From Gammaproteobacteria bacterium (GTDB lineage: Bacteria; Pseudomonadota; Gammaproteobacteria; G965277405), in NCBI GenBank assembly GCA_965277405.1, contig OZ255726.1, positions 1 to 64,000 of the forward strand: a stretch of 64,000 bases of DNA, in the 5' to 3' direction. Every line of letters starts with the position of its first letter. Position 1 is the stretch's first letter. The position numbers and the translations under genes were made by a program. The notes beneath the pieces are model-generated. The model was not told the DNA's origin. It searched no databases and saw only the letters and a program-made list of their open reading frames with translations. Shown here piece after piece: positions 10,716 to 24,672 of the stretch.

Positions 10716-13700
10716 CTAATCTTGATGATATTTAATTACTAATTGCCATTGACTAAAGGTGTCATCGTGACTGTCTGCATAGTCAGTATTGTCATCTGCT
10801 ACAAAATCACCTGCTGCAAACAAATCCTTCACTGTTATTCTCCAATGACCTTGTATGCTTTCACCAAGAAATGCATGCACAGCTATGGGTTGCTGATAAC
10901 CTAGGTTAGCTTGAGTGTGTCCATTTCCTGCAGGATACGCCGGATACGATGTTCCTGCAGGCGATGTTAAAGATATTTCTATGTCTTGCAGCGCTGTTGT
11001 CGTTAGTTTAACAAATAGGTTGAGGTGGTCGATTTTGCCAGTTGCTGCAACGTATAGTTCCTTGCTAACACCATCGCTATTTTTATTCGGTACAAGCATG
11101 GGTACAAAAGTATGATTTTTGGTAATTGTCTCAATTCTGTCATGGGAAATCAACTGCGAATAGCTCTTCGCCATCGCTAATGCTGCATCTACATTGACCA
11201 AACCAAAGCCATACCAATCGCTGTAATTAAGACCTGCCGCATTAGTAATCCAACCCCGACTAAATTGATAAGCGCCGCTACCTGGAATATCTGTAGTCAC
11301 TGTGTAGTCGGCATCAATTATCGTTGCTGTTTTCGCCAATATATACCGCACATCCCAAATAGTTAATGCTGGATGTTGCGAAAGTAACAACGCAACCGCG
11401 CCACTGACAATTGCAGCCGCTGCGCGCGTACCGTGGAAAGTATTGGTGTAATTGCATGTTGGATCGTCATGGTGGAATTGGTTTGCTAAAACGTTACTTG
11501 CTGCATTATCTGCTAACTCATGGTTACTATAACCCCTGCTACAGGAAGTTACATCTGTGGTGAACATTCCAGGTTCTCCAGCTAACATTCCAGGTTCTCC
11601 AGCTGATGGACTACCTTGCTCGCCACCAAAACCACTCACCCAAATAGCCCCGGCTGCAGCATAGCTCGCGCGTTTCCCGAAGGCGTTGACTGCGCCAACA
11701 GTGATGATCGGTAAGATGTCTTCCTTATCAAAACCAGCCAAGCCACAGCTCGTACCTATTACATTCGCTTGGCTGCATGCGTCACCATCACCAATATATG
11801 AATCGCCTGCAGGTTTAATAAAAATGACTCCTTTGCCGTTTCTGCCATCTTGAATCCTGCGCATGATTATTGCGTTGCTGCCAATTGCTGCGGTAGCTGG
11901 CGTGCCGATGTGATCAAGGCGACTAGCTAGCTGGTCGCCTAAATACACAATATCGGCGTCAACTGCTGGGGAATCTGTGGCACTGGGGTCGCCATCACCA
12001 ACACTATATTGTAAATATGTGGCATTGCTATTGACACCAGCAGCCATATTGTTAAAGCCAAGCAATTTGGCTTTGGGTGCGACACCCAAGCCACCCATAC
12101 CATTATCTGCCATGGCAATCAAGCCAGCTATTGCTGTACCATGGTCGCCGTCACTACCCCTTGGGCTGGGATCGGTTGTTCCTGTCGCGGCATTAGGTTG
12201 CATAAATGACCCTGTTGCAAAAGCATATCCTTGCCGAGGATCAATATTGTCAGCTAAATCAGGGTGGGTTATTTGCAAGCCAGTATCAACCACGCTCACC
12301 AACGTTCCTTGACCGAGGCAGCCATCAGTGCGCCATGCACGTTGTAAGTTTAAATGGATGCTACTATCCATTTTGCTAGCATCCATGCCGGTGGCAATTT
12401 GACCTTGTTGCCTACCATCTAAGTACCATTGATATTTTTCTAATGGATTGCTATCTGGTAACGATACAAGCGTGTCTGTATCACAATTTGAATTAACCGC
12501 TGTCATAAAAATAGTTGCTGTACTAACGGGGAAGTCCACCACATTAGATACATAACCCGAAACCACATATTCTGCTTTGCTTGCTACTATTGTTGGTGAC
12601 CCTTGGATTGCACAGCTGTCGTTTGCCACAACTAGTGTCAAGCCAGCAGGTAGCGGCGGTGCTATGCTGCAACGAACAATTTCAACAGTGTTGACAAATT
12701 GCCATTGCTGCTGATTTTGGTATGTCAACATCGTCTGGGCAATTTTATCATCCATTTGCGGTAGCGCATAGATGGCGGTGATGAGGACGTCTGCACTGCT
12801 ATCACCAGCGGAATTTGACCCAGTAATAACGTAGTTGCTAGTTTGTGTTGCACTAACATTGTTGGGACTGCCATCAATTTGGCAGGTGCTGCGTCCATTG
12901 CCACCTACAGCTATATTCAGGGCTAAACCTGGCGGCAGCGGTGGTGTGGGGGTACAACTGGTCACATCACCACCATTGTTCTCAATTATTATGTGCTGAG
13001 GAATTCGATCACTGACTACAAACACCATTGCGGTATTGTTATATAATAATGCTGGTGCTTGATCATTGGCTGTTTGATCATTGGGTGTTTGATCATTGAC
13101 AGTGATGCTATCGCGTAATGCTATAGACCTTCGCGACCTTGACCTTCGTTGCGGCTCTATTCGTGCACTTCTAGCACTCCGTTGAGGATTTGAAGCATAA
13201 GAACGTCCAGATAACGGATTCTCATATATTTCGATGAGTACCGTTGCGCGACTTTCGCCGCGGCTATTGGACCCAGTCACCATATACGTAGTTGTTACTC
13301 GCAACTGCGTTGGTGTGCCAGATATCTGGCACGTTGCTTTACCATCGATGGCTCCAACAACAATATCCAAACCTGCAGGTAGCTGCGGTGCAACGTCACA
13401 GCTTCCCACCGCACCACCTGTGTTGCTAAAATTCATAACTAGCAGCGCGTTGATGGCGAATCGCTGCAGGGTTGGACTTACTAACTCTGGGATATTATCA
13501 TTCACAGTGATGCTTATTGATGACATGCTACGGCCGCCGCTATTAGACGCAGTCACCCTATAGGAGGTTGTAACTTGCCTCTGCCTTGGTGTGCCAGATA
13601 TCTGACACGTTGGTTTACGTAAAATAATTGGAACTTTACCTAAAATAGTTGCAACCGCGATTTGTAAATCACCAGGTAGCTGTGGTGAAATATAACATCT

Positions 13701-16700
13701 TGTCACAGCACCGCCTATATTGCCAAAGCGCACGGGTAGTATCGCTGTGTTTATGGTGAATACTAGTGACCCTGTGTTTATGGTGAATATCCGTGGACTT
13801 GCTAACACTGGGATCTCATCAATCACCTCGATGTTTATTGATGAAATGCTAGTGCCGCCACTATTAGACGCAGTCACCGTGTAGACGGTTGCAACTCGGC
13901 TCTGCGTTGGCGTTCCTGTTATCTGACAAGTTGCTTTACCATAAAAAGTGCCAAGAACAATATCTAAACCAAAAGGTAGCTGCGGTGCAATATCACAGCT
14001 TGTTACCGCACCGCCTAAATTGCCAATGTGCACGGGTCGTATCGCTGTGTTTACGGTGAATCGTATTAACCCTGTGTTCTGGGTGTATATCTGCGGGATA
14101 TTATCATTCACCGTGATGCTGATATCTGCGCTGCTAGTGCCGCCGCTATTCGTCGCGGTGATGGTATACGTTATCGGTTCTTCTTGCAGTACGGTTGGAG
14201 TGCCTGTTAGCTGACAAGTTGCTGGATCTGCTATGGTGGCAAGCTGCAAGTCACTAGGTAGCGGTGCTGAAACGCCACAGCTTGTCACCGCACCGCCTGT
14301 GTTGCCAAAATCAACAGCTGCTATCGCTGTGTTGATGGTGTATATCCGCGGGCTGGGGGTTGCTAGCGCTGGGATATTATCGTTCACCGTGATGCTGATA
14401 TCTGCGCTGCTAGTGCCGCCGCTATTCGTCGCTGTTATTGTATACGTTATCGGTTCTTCTTGCAGTACGGTTGGAGTGCCTGTTAGCTGACAAGTTGCTG
14501 GATCTGCTATGGTGGCAAGCTGCAAACCACCAACTAGCGGCGGTACAACGCCACAGCTGGTTACCGCACCGCCTGCGTTGCCAAAATCAACAGCTGCTAT
14601 CGGCGTGTTGATGGTGTATATCCGCGGGCTGGGGGTTGCTAGCGCTGGGATATTATCGTTCACCGTGATGCTGATATCGGCGCTGCTAGTGCCGCCGCTA
14701 TTCGTCGCGGTGATGGTATACGTTATCGGTTCTTCTTGCAGTACGGTTGGAGTGCCTGTTAGCTGACAAGTTGCTGGATCTGCTATGGTGGCAAGCTGCA
14801 AGTCACTAGGTAGCGGTGCTGAAACGCCACAGCTTGTTACCGCACCGCCTGCGTTGCCAAAATCAACAGCTGCTATCGGTGTGTTGATGGTGTATATCCG
14901 CGGGCTTGGATTTACTAGCGCTGGGATATTATCGTTCACCGTGATGCTGATATCTGCGCTGCTAGTGCCGCCGCTATTCGACGCTGTGATTGTATACGTT
15001 GCCTCTTCTTCATGCAGTGCGGTTGGGGTTCCTGTTATTTGGCAACTAGCTCCGTCTGGCGTTTTCTTAAGTGTTAAACCATCAGGCCATGCTGCGCTAT
15101 TATCCCCGACTACTTCGCAACTTGTCACCGCACCGCCTGTGTTGCCAAAATCAACAGCTGCTATCGGCGTGTTGATGGTGTATATCCGCGGGCTTGGATT
15201 TACTAGCGCTGGGATATTATCGTTCACCGTGATGCTGATATCTGCGCTGCTAGTGCCGCCGCTATTCGTCGCGGTGATTGTATACGTTATCGGTTCTTCT
15301 TGCAGTCGGTTGGAGTGCCTGTTTCTGACAAGTTGCTGGATCTGCTATGGTGGCAAGCTGCAAACCACCTAGGTAGCTGCTAAACATCACAGCTTGTTAC
15401 CGCACCGCCTGTTGCCAAAATCAACAGCTGCTACATAGTTGCTGGATCTGCTAGCTGCGCTGGTGGCAAGCTGCAAACCACTGTTAGCTGGCAACTAGCG
15501 GGCGCTTAAGTGTTAAACATCACAGCTTGTTACCGCACCGCCTGCACCACCTGTGTTGCCAAAATCAACAGCTGCTATCGGTGTGTTGATGGTGTATATC
15601 CGCGGGCTTGGGGTTGCTAGCGCTGGGATATTATCGTTCACCGTGATGCTGATATCTGCGCTGCTAGTGCCGCCGCTATTCGTCGCGGTGATGGTATACG
15701 TTATCGGTTCTTCTTGCAGTACGGTTGGAGTGCCTGTTAGCTGACAAGTTGCTGGATCTGCTACGGTGGCAAGCTGCAAGTCACTAGGTAGCGGTGCTGA
15801 AACGCCACAGCTTGTTACCGCACCGCCTGCGTTGCCAAAATCAACAGCTGCTATCGGCGTGTTGATGGTGTATATCCGCGGGCTGGGGGTTGCTAGCGCT
15901 GGGATATTATCATTCACCGTGATGCTGATATCGGCGCTGCTAGTGCCGCCGCTATTCGTCGCGGTGATGGTATACGTTATCGGTTCTTCTTGCAGTACGG
16001 TTGGAGTGCCTGTTAGCTGACAAGTTGCTGGATCTGCTATGGTGGCAAGCTGCAAGTCACTAGGTAGCGGTGCTGAAACGCCACAGCTTGTCACCGCACC
16101 GCCTGTGTTGCCAAAATCAACAGCTGCTATCGCTGTGTTGATGGTGTATATCCGCGGGCTGGGGGTTGCTAGCGCTGGGATATTATCGTTCACCGTGATG
16201 CTGATATCTGCGCTGCTAGTGCCGCCGCTATTCGTCGCTGTTATTGTATACGTTATCGGTTCTTCTTGCAGTACGGTTGGAGTGCCTGTTAGCTGACAAG
16301 TTGCTGGATCTGCTATGGTGGCAAGCTGCAAACCACCAACTAGCGGCGGTACAACGCCACAGCTGGTTACCGCACCGCCTGCGTTGCCAAAATCAACAGC
16401 TGCTATCGGCGTGTTGATGGTGTATATCCGCGGGCTGGGGGTTGCTAGCGCTGGGATATTATCGTTCACCGTGATGCTGATATCGGCGCTGCTAGTGCCG
16501 CCGCTATTCGTCGCGGTGATGGTATACGTTATCGGTTCTTCTTGCAGTACGGTTGGAGTGCCTGTTAGCTGACAAGTTGCTGGATCTGCTATGGTGGCAA
16601 GCTGCAAGTCACTAGGTAGCGGTGCTGAAACGCCACAGCTTGTTACCGCACCGCCTGCGTTGCCAAAATCAACAGCTGCTATCGGTGTGTTGATGGTGTA

Positions 16701-19700
16701 TATCCGCGGGCTTGGATTTACTAGCGCTGGGATATTATCGTTCACCGTGATGCTGATATCTGCGCTGCTAGTGCCGCCGCTATTCGACGCTGTGATTGTA
16801 TACGTTGCCTCTTCTTCATGCAGTGCGGTTGGGGTTCCTGTTATTTGGCAACTAGCTCCGTCTGGCGTTTTCTTAAGTGTTAAACCATCAGGCCATGCTG
16901 CGCTATTATCCCCGACTACTTCGCAACTTGTCACCGCACCGCCTGTGTTGCCAAAATCAACAGCTGCTATCGGCGTGTTGATGGTGTATATCCGCGGGCT
17001 TGGATTTACTAGCGCTGGGATATTATCGTTCACCGTGATGCTGATATCTGCGCTGCTAGTGCCGCCGCTATTCGTCGCGGTGATTGTATACGTTATCGGT
17101 TCTTCTTGCAGTACGGTTGGAGTGCCTGTTAGCTGACAAGTTGCTGGATCTGCTATGGTGGCAAGCTGCAAACCACTAGGTAGCGGTGTTGAAACATCAC
17201 AGCTGGTTACCGCTCCGCCTGTGTTGCCAAAATCAACAGCTGCTATCGGCGTGTTGATGGTGTATATCCGCGGGCTTGGGGTTGCTAGCGCTGGGATATT
17301 ATCGTTCACCGTGATGCTGATATCTGCGCTGCTATCGCCGCCGCTATTCGTCGCGGTGATGGTATACGTTATCGGTTCTTCTTGCAGGGTGGTTGGTATT
17401 CCTGTTAGCTGACAAGTTGCTGGATCTGCTATGGTGGCAAGCTGCAAACCACCAACTAGCGGCGGTACAACGCCACAGCTGGTTACCGCTCCGCCTGTGT
17501 TGCCAAAATTAACAGCTGCTATCGCTGTGTCTATTGTGTAATGCTGCGGACTGGGACTTACTAACGCTGGGATATTATCATTCACCGTGATGCTGATATC
17601 TGCGCTGCTAGTGCCGCCGCTATTCGACGCGGTGATTGTATACGTTGCCTCTTCTTCATGCAGTGCGGTTGGCGTACCTGTTAGCTGGCAACTAGCTCCG
17701 TCTGGCGTTTTCTTAAGTGTTAAACCATCAGGCCATGCTGCGCTATTATCCCCGCCTACTTCGCAGCTTGTTACCGCACCGCCTGTGTTGCCAAAATCAA
17801 CAGCTGCTATCGCTGTGTCTATTGTGTAATGCTGCGGACTGGGACTTACTAACGCTGGGATATTATCATTCACCGTGATGCTGATATCTGCGCTGCTAGT
17901 GCCGCCGCTATTCGTCGCGGTGATGGTATACGTTATAGCGTCTTCTTGCAGGGTGGTTGGCGTACCTGTTAGCTGGCAACTAGCTCCGTCTGGCGTTTTC
18001 TTAAGTGTTAAACCATCAGGCCATGCTGCGCTATTATCCCCGCCTACTTCGCAGCTTGTTACCGCACCGCCTGTGTTGCCAAAATCAACAGCTGCTATCG
18101 GCGTGTTGATGGTGTATATCCGCGGGCTTGGGGTTGCTAGCTCTGGGATATTATCGTTCACCGTGATGCTGATATCTGCGCTGATAGTGCCGCCGCTATT
18201 CGACGCTGTTATTGTATACGTTGCCTCTTCTTCATGCAGTGCGGTTGGGGTTCCTGTTATCTGGCAACTAGCTCCGTCTAGCGTTTTTTTAAGTGTTAAA
18301 CCATCAGGCCATGCTGCGCTATTATCCCCGCCTACTTCGCAGCTTGTCACCGCACCACCTGTGTTGCTAAAGTTCACAGTTGGTATCGCTGTGTCTATTG
18401 TGTAATGCTGCGGACTGGGACTTACTAACTCTGGGATATTATCGTTCACCGTGATGCTGATATCTGCGCTGCTAGTGCCGCCGCTATTCGTCGCTGTTAT
18501 TGTATACGTTATCGCGTCTTCTTGCAGTGCCGTTGGCATACCTGTTAGCTGACAAGTTGCTGGATCTGCTATGGTGGCAAGCTGCAAACCACCAACTAGC
18601 GGCGGTACAACGCCACAGCTGGTTACCGCACCGCCTGCGTTGCCAAAATCAACAGCTGCTATCGCTGTGTTGATGGTGTATATCCGCGGGCTTGGATTTA
18701 CTAGCTCTGGGATATTATCGTTCACCGTGATGTTGATATCTGCGCTGCTATCGCCGCCGCTATTCGTCGCGGTGATGGTATACGTTATAGCGTCTTCTTG
18801 CAGGGTGGTTGGTATTCCTGTTAGCTGACAAGTTGCTGGATCTGCTATGGTGGCAAGATGCAAACCACCAACTAGCGGCGGTACAACGCCACAGCTTGTT
18901 ACCGCACCGCCTGTGTTGCCAAAATCAACAGCTGCTATCGGCGTGTTGATGGTGTATATCCGCGGGCTGGGGGTTGCTAGCGCTGGGATATTATCGTTCA
19001 CCGTGATGTTGATATCTGCGCTACTAGTGCCGCCGCTATTCGTCGCGGTGATGGTATACGTTAGAGCGTCTTCTTGCAGTGTGGTTGGTATTCCTGTTAG
19101 CTGACAAGTTGCTGGATCTGCTATGGTGGCAAGCTGCAAACCACTAGGTAGCGGTGTTGAAACATCACAGCTGGTTACCGCTCCGCCTGTGTTGCCAAAA
19201 TCAACAGCTGCTATCGGCGTGTTGATGGTGTATATCCGCGGGCTTGGGGTTGCTAGCTCTGGGATATTATCGTTCACCGTGATGCTGATAGCTGCGCTGC
19301 TAGTGCCGCCGCTATTCGTCGCGGTGATGGTATACGTTATAGCGTCTTCTTGCAGTGCGGTTGGGGTTCCTGTTATCTGGCAGCTAGCTCCGGCTGTCGT
19401 TTTCTTAAGTGTTAAACCATCAGGCCATGCTGCGCTATTATCCCCGCCTACTTCGCAGCTTGTCACCGCACCACCTGTGTTGCCAAAATCAACAGCTGCT
19501 ATCGCTGTGTCTATTGTGTAATGCTGCGGACTGGGACTTACTAACGCTGGGATATTATCGTTCACCGTGATGCTGATATCTGCGCTGCTAGTGCCGCCGC
19601 TATTCGTCGCGGTGATGGTATACGTTATCGGTTCTTCTTGCAGTACGGTTGGAGTGCCTGTTAGCTGACAAGTTGCTGGATCTGCTACGGTGGCAAGCTG

Positions 19701-22700
19701 CAAGTCACTAGGTAGCGGTGCTGAAACGCCACAGCTTGTTACCGCACCGCCTGCGTTGCCAAAATCAACAGCTGCTATCGGCGTGTTGATGGTGTATATC
19801 CGCGGGCTGGGGGTTGCTAGCGCTGGGATATTATCATTCACCGTGATGCTGATATCGGCGCTGCTAGTGCCGCCGCTATTCGTCGCGGTGATGGTATACG
19901 TTATCGGTTCTTCTTGCAGTACGGTTGGAGTGCCTGTTAGCTGACAAGTTGCTGGATCTGCTATGGTGGCAAGCTGCAAGTCACTAGGTAGCGGTGCTGA
20001 AACGCCACAGCTTGTCACCGCACCGCCTGTGTTGCCAAAATCAACAGCTGCTATCGCTGTGTTGATGGTGTATATCCGCGGGCTGGGGGTTGCTAGCGCT
20101 GGGATATTATCGTTCACCGTGATGCTGATATCTGCGCTGCTAGTGCCGCCGCTATTCGTCGCTGTTATTGTATACGTTATCGGTTCTTCTTGCAGTACGG
20201 TTGGAGTGCCTGTTAGCTGACAAGTTGCTGGATCTGCTATGGTGGCAAGCTGCAAACCACCAACTAGCTGTGGCGCAACATCACAGCTGGTTACCGCACC
20301 GCCTGCGTTGCCAAAATCAACAGCTGCTATCGGCGTGTTGATGGTGTATATCCGCGGGCTGGGGGTTGCTAGCGCTGGGATATTATCGTTCACCGTGATG
20401 CTGATATCGGCGCTGCTAGTGCCGCCGCTATTCGACGCTGTGATTGTATACGTTATCGGTTCTTCTTGCAGTACGGTTGGAGTGCCTGTTAGCTGACAAG
20501 TTGCTGGATCTGCTATGGTGGCAAGCTGCAAGTCACTAGGTAGCGGTGCTGAAACGCCACAGCTTGTTACCGCACCGCCTGCGTTGCCAAAATCAACAGC
20601 TGCTATCGGTGTGTTGATGGTGTATATCCGCGGGCTTGGATTTACTAGCGCTGGGATATTATCGTTCACCGTGATGCTGATATCTGCGCTGCTAGTGCCG
20701 CCGCTATTCGACGCTGTGATTGTATACGTTGCCTCTTCTTCATGCAGTGCGGTTGGGGTTCCTGTTATTTGGCAACTAGCTCCGTCTGGCGTTTTCTTAA
20801 GTGTTAAACCATCAGGCCATGCTGCGCTATTATCCCCGACTACTTCGCAACTTGTCACCGCACCGCCTGTGTTGCCAAAATCAACAGCTGCTATCGGCGT
20901 GTTGATGGTGTATATCCGCGGGCTTGGATTTACTAGCGCTGGGATATTATCGTTCACCGTGATGCTGATATCTGCGCTGCTAGTGCCGCCGCTATTCGTC
21001 GCGGTGATTGTATACGTTATCGGTTCTTCTTGCAGTACGGTTGGAGTGCCTGTTAGCTGACAAGTTGCTGGATCTGCTATGGTGGCAAGCTGCAAGTCAC
21101 TAGGTAGCGGTGTTGAAACATCACAGCTGGTTACCGCTCCGCCTGTGTTGCCAAAATCAACAGCTGCTATCGGCGTGTTGATGGTGTATATCCGCGGGCT
21201 TGGGGTTGCTAGCGCTGGGATATTATCGTTCACCGTGATGCTGATATCTGCGCTGCTATCGCCGCCGCTATTCGTCGCGGTGATGGTATACGTTATCGGT
21301 TCTTCTTGCAGGGTGGTTGGTATTCCTGTTAGCTGACAAGTTGCTGGATCTGCTATGGTGGCAAGCTGCAAACCACCAACTAGCGGCGGTACAACGCCAC
21401 AGCTGGTTACCGCTCCGCCTGTGTTGCCAAAATTAACAGCTGCTATCGCTGTGTCTATTGTGTAATGCTGCGGACTGGGACTTACTAACGCTGGGATATT
21501 ATCATTCACCGTGATGCTGATATCTGCGCTGCTAGTGCCGCCGCTATTCGACGCGGTGATTGTATACGTTGCCTCTTCTTCATGCAGTGCGGTTGGCGTA
21601 CCTGTTAGCTGGCAACTAGCTCCGTCTGGCGTTTTCTTAAGTGTTAAACCATCAGGCCATGCTGCGCTATTATCCCCGCCTACTTCGCAGCTTGTTACCG
21701 CACCGCCTGTGTTGCCAAAATCAACAGCTGCTATCGGCGTGTTGATGGTGTATATCCGCGGGCTTGGGGTTGCTAGCGCTGGGATATTATCGTTCACCGT
21801 GATGCTGATATCTGCGCTGCTAGTGCCGCCGCTATTCGTCGCGGTGATGGTATACGTTGCCTCTTCTTCATGCAGTGCGGTTGGGGTTCCTGTTATTTGG
21901 CAACTAGCTCCGTCTGGCGTTTTCTTAAGTGTTAAACCATCAGGCCATGCTGCGCTATTATCCCCGCCTACTTCGCAGCTTGTCACCGCACCGCCTGTGT
22001 TGCTAAAGTTCACAGTTGGTATCGCTGTGTCTATTGTGTAATGCTGCGGACTGGGACTTACTAACGCTGGGATATTATCATTCACCGTGATGCTGATATC
22101 GGCGCTGCTAGTGCCGCCGCTATTCGTCGCTGTTATTGTATACGTTGTCGGGTCTTCTTGCAGTGCCGTTGGAGTTCCTGTTAGCTGACAAGTTGCTGGA
22201 TCTGCTATGGTGGCAAGCTGCAAACCACCAGCTAGCTGTGGTGAAATATTACAACTTGTCACCGCACCGCCTGTGTTGCTAAAGTTCACAGTTGGTATCG
22301 CTGTGTCTATTGTGTAATGCTGCGGACTGGGACTTACTAGCGCTGGGATATTATCATTCACAGTGATGCTTATTCCTGCTCTGCTATCGCCGCCGCTATT
22401 GGACGCAGCCACAGTGTAAGCGGTTGCGACTTGCAACTGCGTTGGTGTACCTGTTATTTGACAACTAGCTCCGTCTGTCGTTGGCTCAACGCTTAAGCCC
22501 TCAGGCCATGCTGCACTATTATCCCCCACTACCGCGCAGCTTGTCACCGTACCCTCTATATTACCAAAGATTACTGGTGTTGTTATATCTGAGTTTATGG
22601 TGAATAACTGCGGGTTTGGACTTACTAACGCTGGGATATCATCATTCACCGTGATGCTTATCGCTGTGTTGCTAGTGCCGCCGTTATTGGACCCAGTCAC

Positions 22701-24440
22701 CGTATAGGTGGTTGCAACTTGCTTCTGCGTTGGAATCCCTATTATCTGACAAGTTGCTTTACCAAAAATAGTCCCAACAACAATATCTAAACCAAAAGGC
22801 AGCTGCGGTGCAATATCACAACTTGTCACGCCACCGCCAATGTTGCTAAAATTCACAGTTGGTATCATCGTGTTGATGGTGAATGGCTGCAGGCTTGGAC
22901 TTGCTAACGCTGGGATATTATCATTCACCGTGATGCGTATCGCTGCGCTGCTAGTGCCGCCGCTATTGGACGCTGTTATTGTATACGTTATCCCATCTTC
23001 TTGCAGTGCGGTTGGAGTTCCTATTATCTGACAAGTTGCTGTACCTGCTATGGTGGCAACTGCAAGCTGTAAACCACTGGCTAGCTGTGGTGCAACATTA
23101 CAACTTGTCACGCCACCGCCTGTGTTGCCAAAATCAACAGTTGGTATCACTGTGTTGATGGTGAATGACTGCGGGCTTGGACTGGCTAACGCTGGGATAT
23201 TATCATTCACCGTGATGCTTATCGCTGCGCTGCTAGCACCACCGCTATTCGTCGCTGTGATGGTATACGTTATCGCGTCTGCTTGCAGTACGGTTGGAGT
23301 TCCTGTTATCTGACAAGTTGCTGGATCTGCTATGGTGGCAAGCTGCAAACCACCAACTAGCGGCGGTACAACGCCACAGCTTGTTACCGCACCGCCTGCA
23401 TTGCCAAAATTAACAGCTGCTATCGCTGTGTTGATGGTGTATATCCGCGGGCTTGGGCTGGCCAACTCTGGGATATTATCATTCACCGTGATGCTTATCG
23501 CTGCGCTGCTAGCACCGCCGCTATTCGTCGCTGTTATTGTATACGTTATCGCGTCTTCTTGCAGGGCGGTTGGCGTTCCTGTTATCTGACACGTTGCTGT
23601 ACCTGCTATGGTTGCAACTGCAAGCTGCAAATCACCAGCTAGCTGTGGTGAAACGTCACAACTTGTCACGCCACCGCCAATATTGCTAAAGTTCACAGTT
23701 GGTATTATGACACCTTTTATAAAAACTTGCGCAACAGGACTAATAAGATTTGCTAGCTCTGTTGGAGTAATAATAAGGTCGCTTGGTGATTTATCCTGCT
23801 GCAATTCTTCTGAATGTATTGTTTGTATAACAGTCGCAGTATTAGAGCCTGTAGCATTTGTCGCAGTTATTGTATAGTTCTTGGCAATTAGTTGTTCTAC
23901 AGTTGGTGTCCCAATTATTTGGCATGAATTGCCGTCATCTGTAACTGCTATCTCAAGCCCGCTTGGCATATCTGGGCTGACGTCACAGCCTGTTAAAAAT
24001 ACTCCTCCATCGTTATCAAATACGGCATTCTGTATAGGTAAATCCACCTTAAATACTTGCTCTGGTAAATATTGGAGGTTGGGCTTTAACGGAACATTGA
24101 TTCTGATCGTTACATCGGCAAAAGAAACACCTAGAGAATTATACGCAACGATTGTAACTATTTGACCACTGCTATCTGTTGTGGCATCAGGAGTTCCTGA
24201 TATTTGGCATGTATCATTTGCAGCGCTTACTTGTAAATTAGCAGGCATATTTGCAGCAGTGCAAAATACAGCTGCACCACCAATATTAGCTATAACTAAG
24301 GAGTTATCAATGGTAATCCCCTTTGTATATACAACTTCCGTGTTTGCTAATGCAGGTTTTTCTGCAACAGAATTTATTGAATCATCATCACCACAAGATG
24401 TAAGTAGTAACAAAAAACAAACTGCTATGTGTTTCCACAT
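10716..24440 (-). CDS. Giant lipoprotein B: ~39 (estimated) two-Cys Ig-like repeats, polybasic linker, S8 kexin-like pseudo-peptidase and C-terminal P-domain; interrupted at ~15300-15545
   Basis: ORFs 15513..24440 (MWKHIAVCFLLLLTSC lipobox) and 10716..15227 are in the same frame and carry the same repeats, separated by scrambled repeat fragments. The C-terminus has the proprotein-convertase P-domain pattern DIEISLTSPAGT...FLGESIQGHWRITVKD. Confidence 0.85.
13230..24350 (-). repeat. Intragenic tandem array of 276/288-bp repeats with higher-order block duplications in gene B
   Basis: Unit NDNIPALATPSPRIYTINTPIAAVDFGNTGGAVTSC...ATCQLTGTPT...YTITATNSGGTSSADISITV; matching shadow ORFs recur at offsets of 1806 and 3924 nt. 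Confidence 0.9.
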
Positions 24441-24532
24441 TTGTATTTCACGTAAGTTGCTGTTAACGAATCAATCAACTGGCATAACCACACCGTTGCA
24501 TTGGTGTTGGTATCATTCAAAATAACACATTT

Positions 24533-24672
24533 GCAAATAGATTGAAATTTGCTGTAAATTGAAAATCTTTATACAGTGATTGTTGCCACTAGCAAAATAA
24601 GAGTTTTTTTATCATTTAATAGTTTAAATATTAGTTTAAACTTATTTGTTCAGTTAAACAGCTGTTTTGACG
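24533..24672 (-). promoter_or_regulatory. Putative promoter/operator block upstream of gene B (paralogous to 10445-10584)
   Basis: TTGCTA(24595-24590)-N16-TATAAA(24573-24568); GCAAAT-N8-ATTTGC at 24533-24552; AAACAGCTGTTT palindrome near 24656-24667. Confidence 0.45.

Noticed and set aside
2170-24350. Regular repeats as a CRISPR array or integron cassette array
   Set aside because: Units are ~280-bp in-frame coding repeats without unique spacers or attC structure.
876-24525. Dozens of similar 70-190-aa plus-strand ORFs
   Set aside because: They are antisense shadows of the repeat-rich giant genes, all in one frame per gene, with no sign of independent function.
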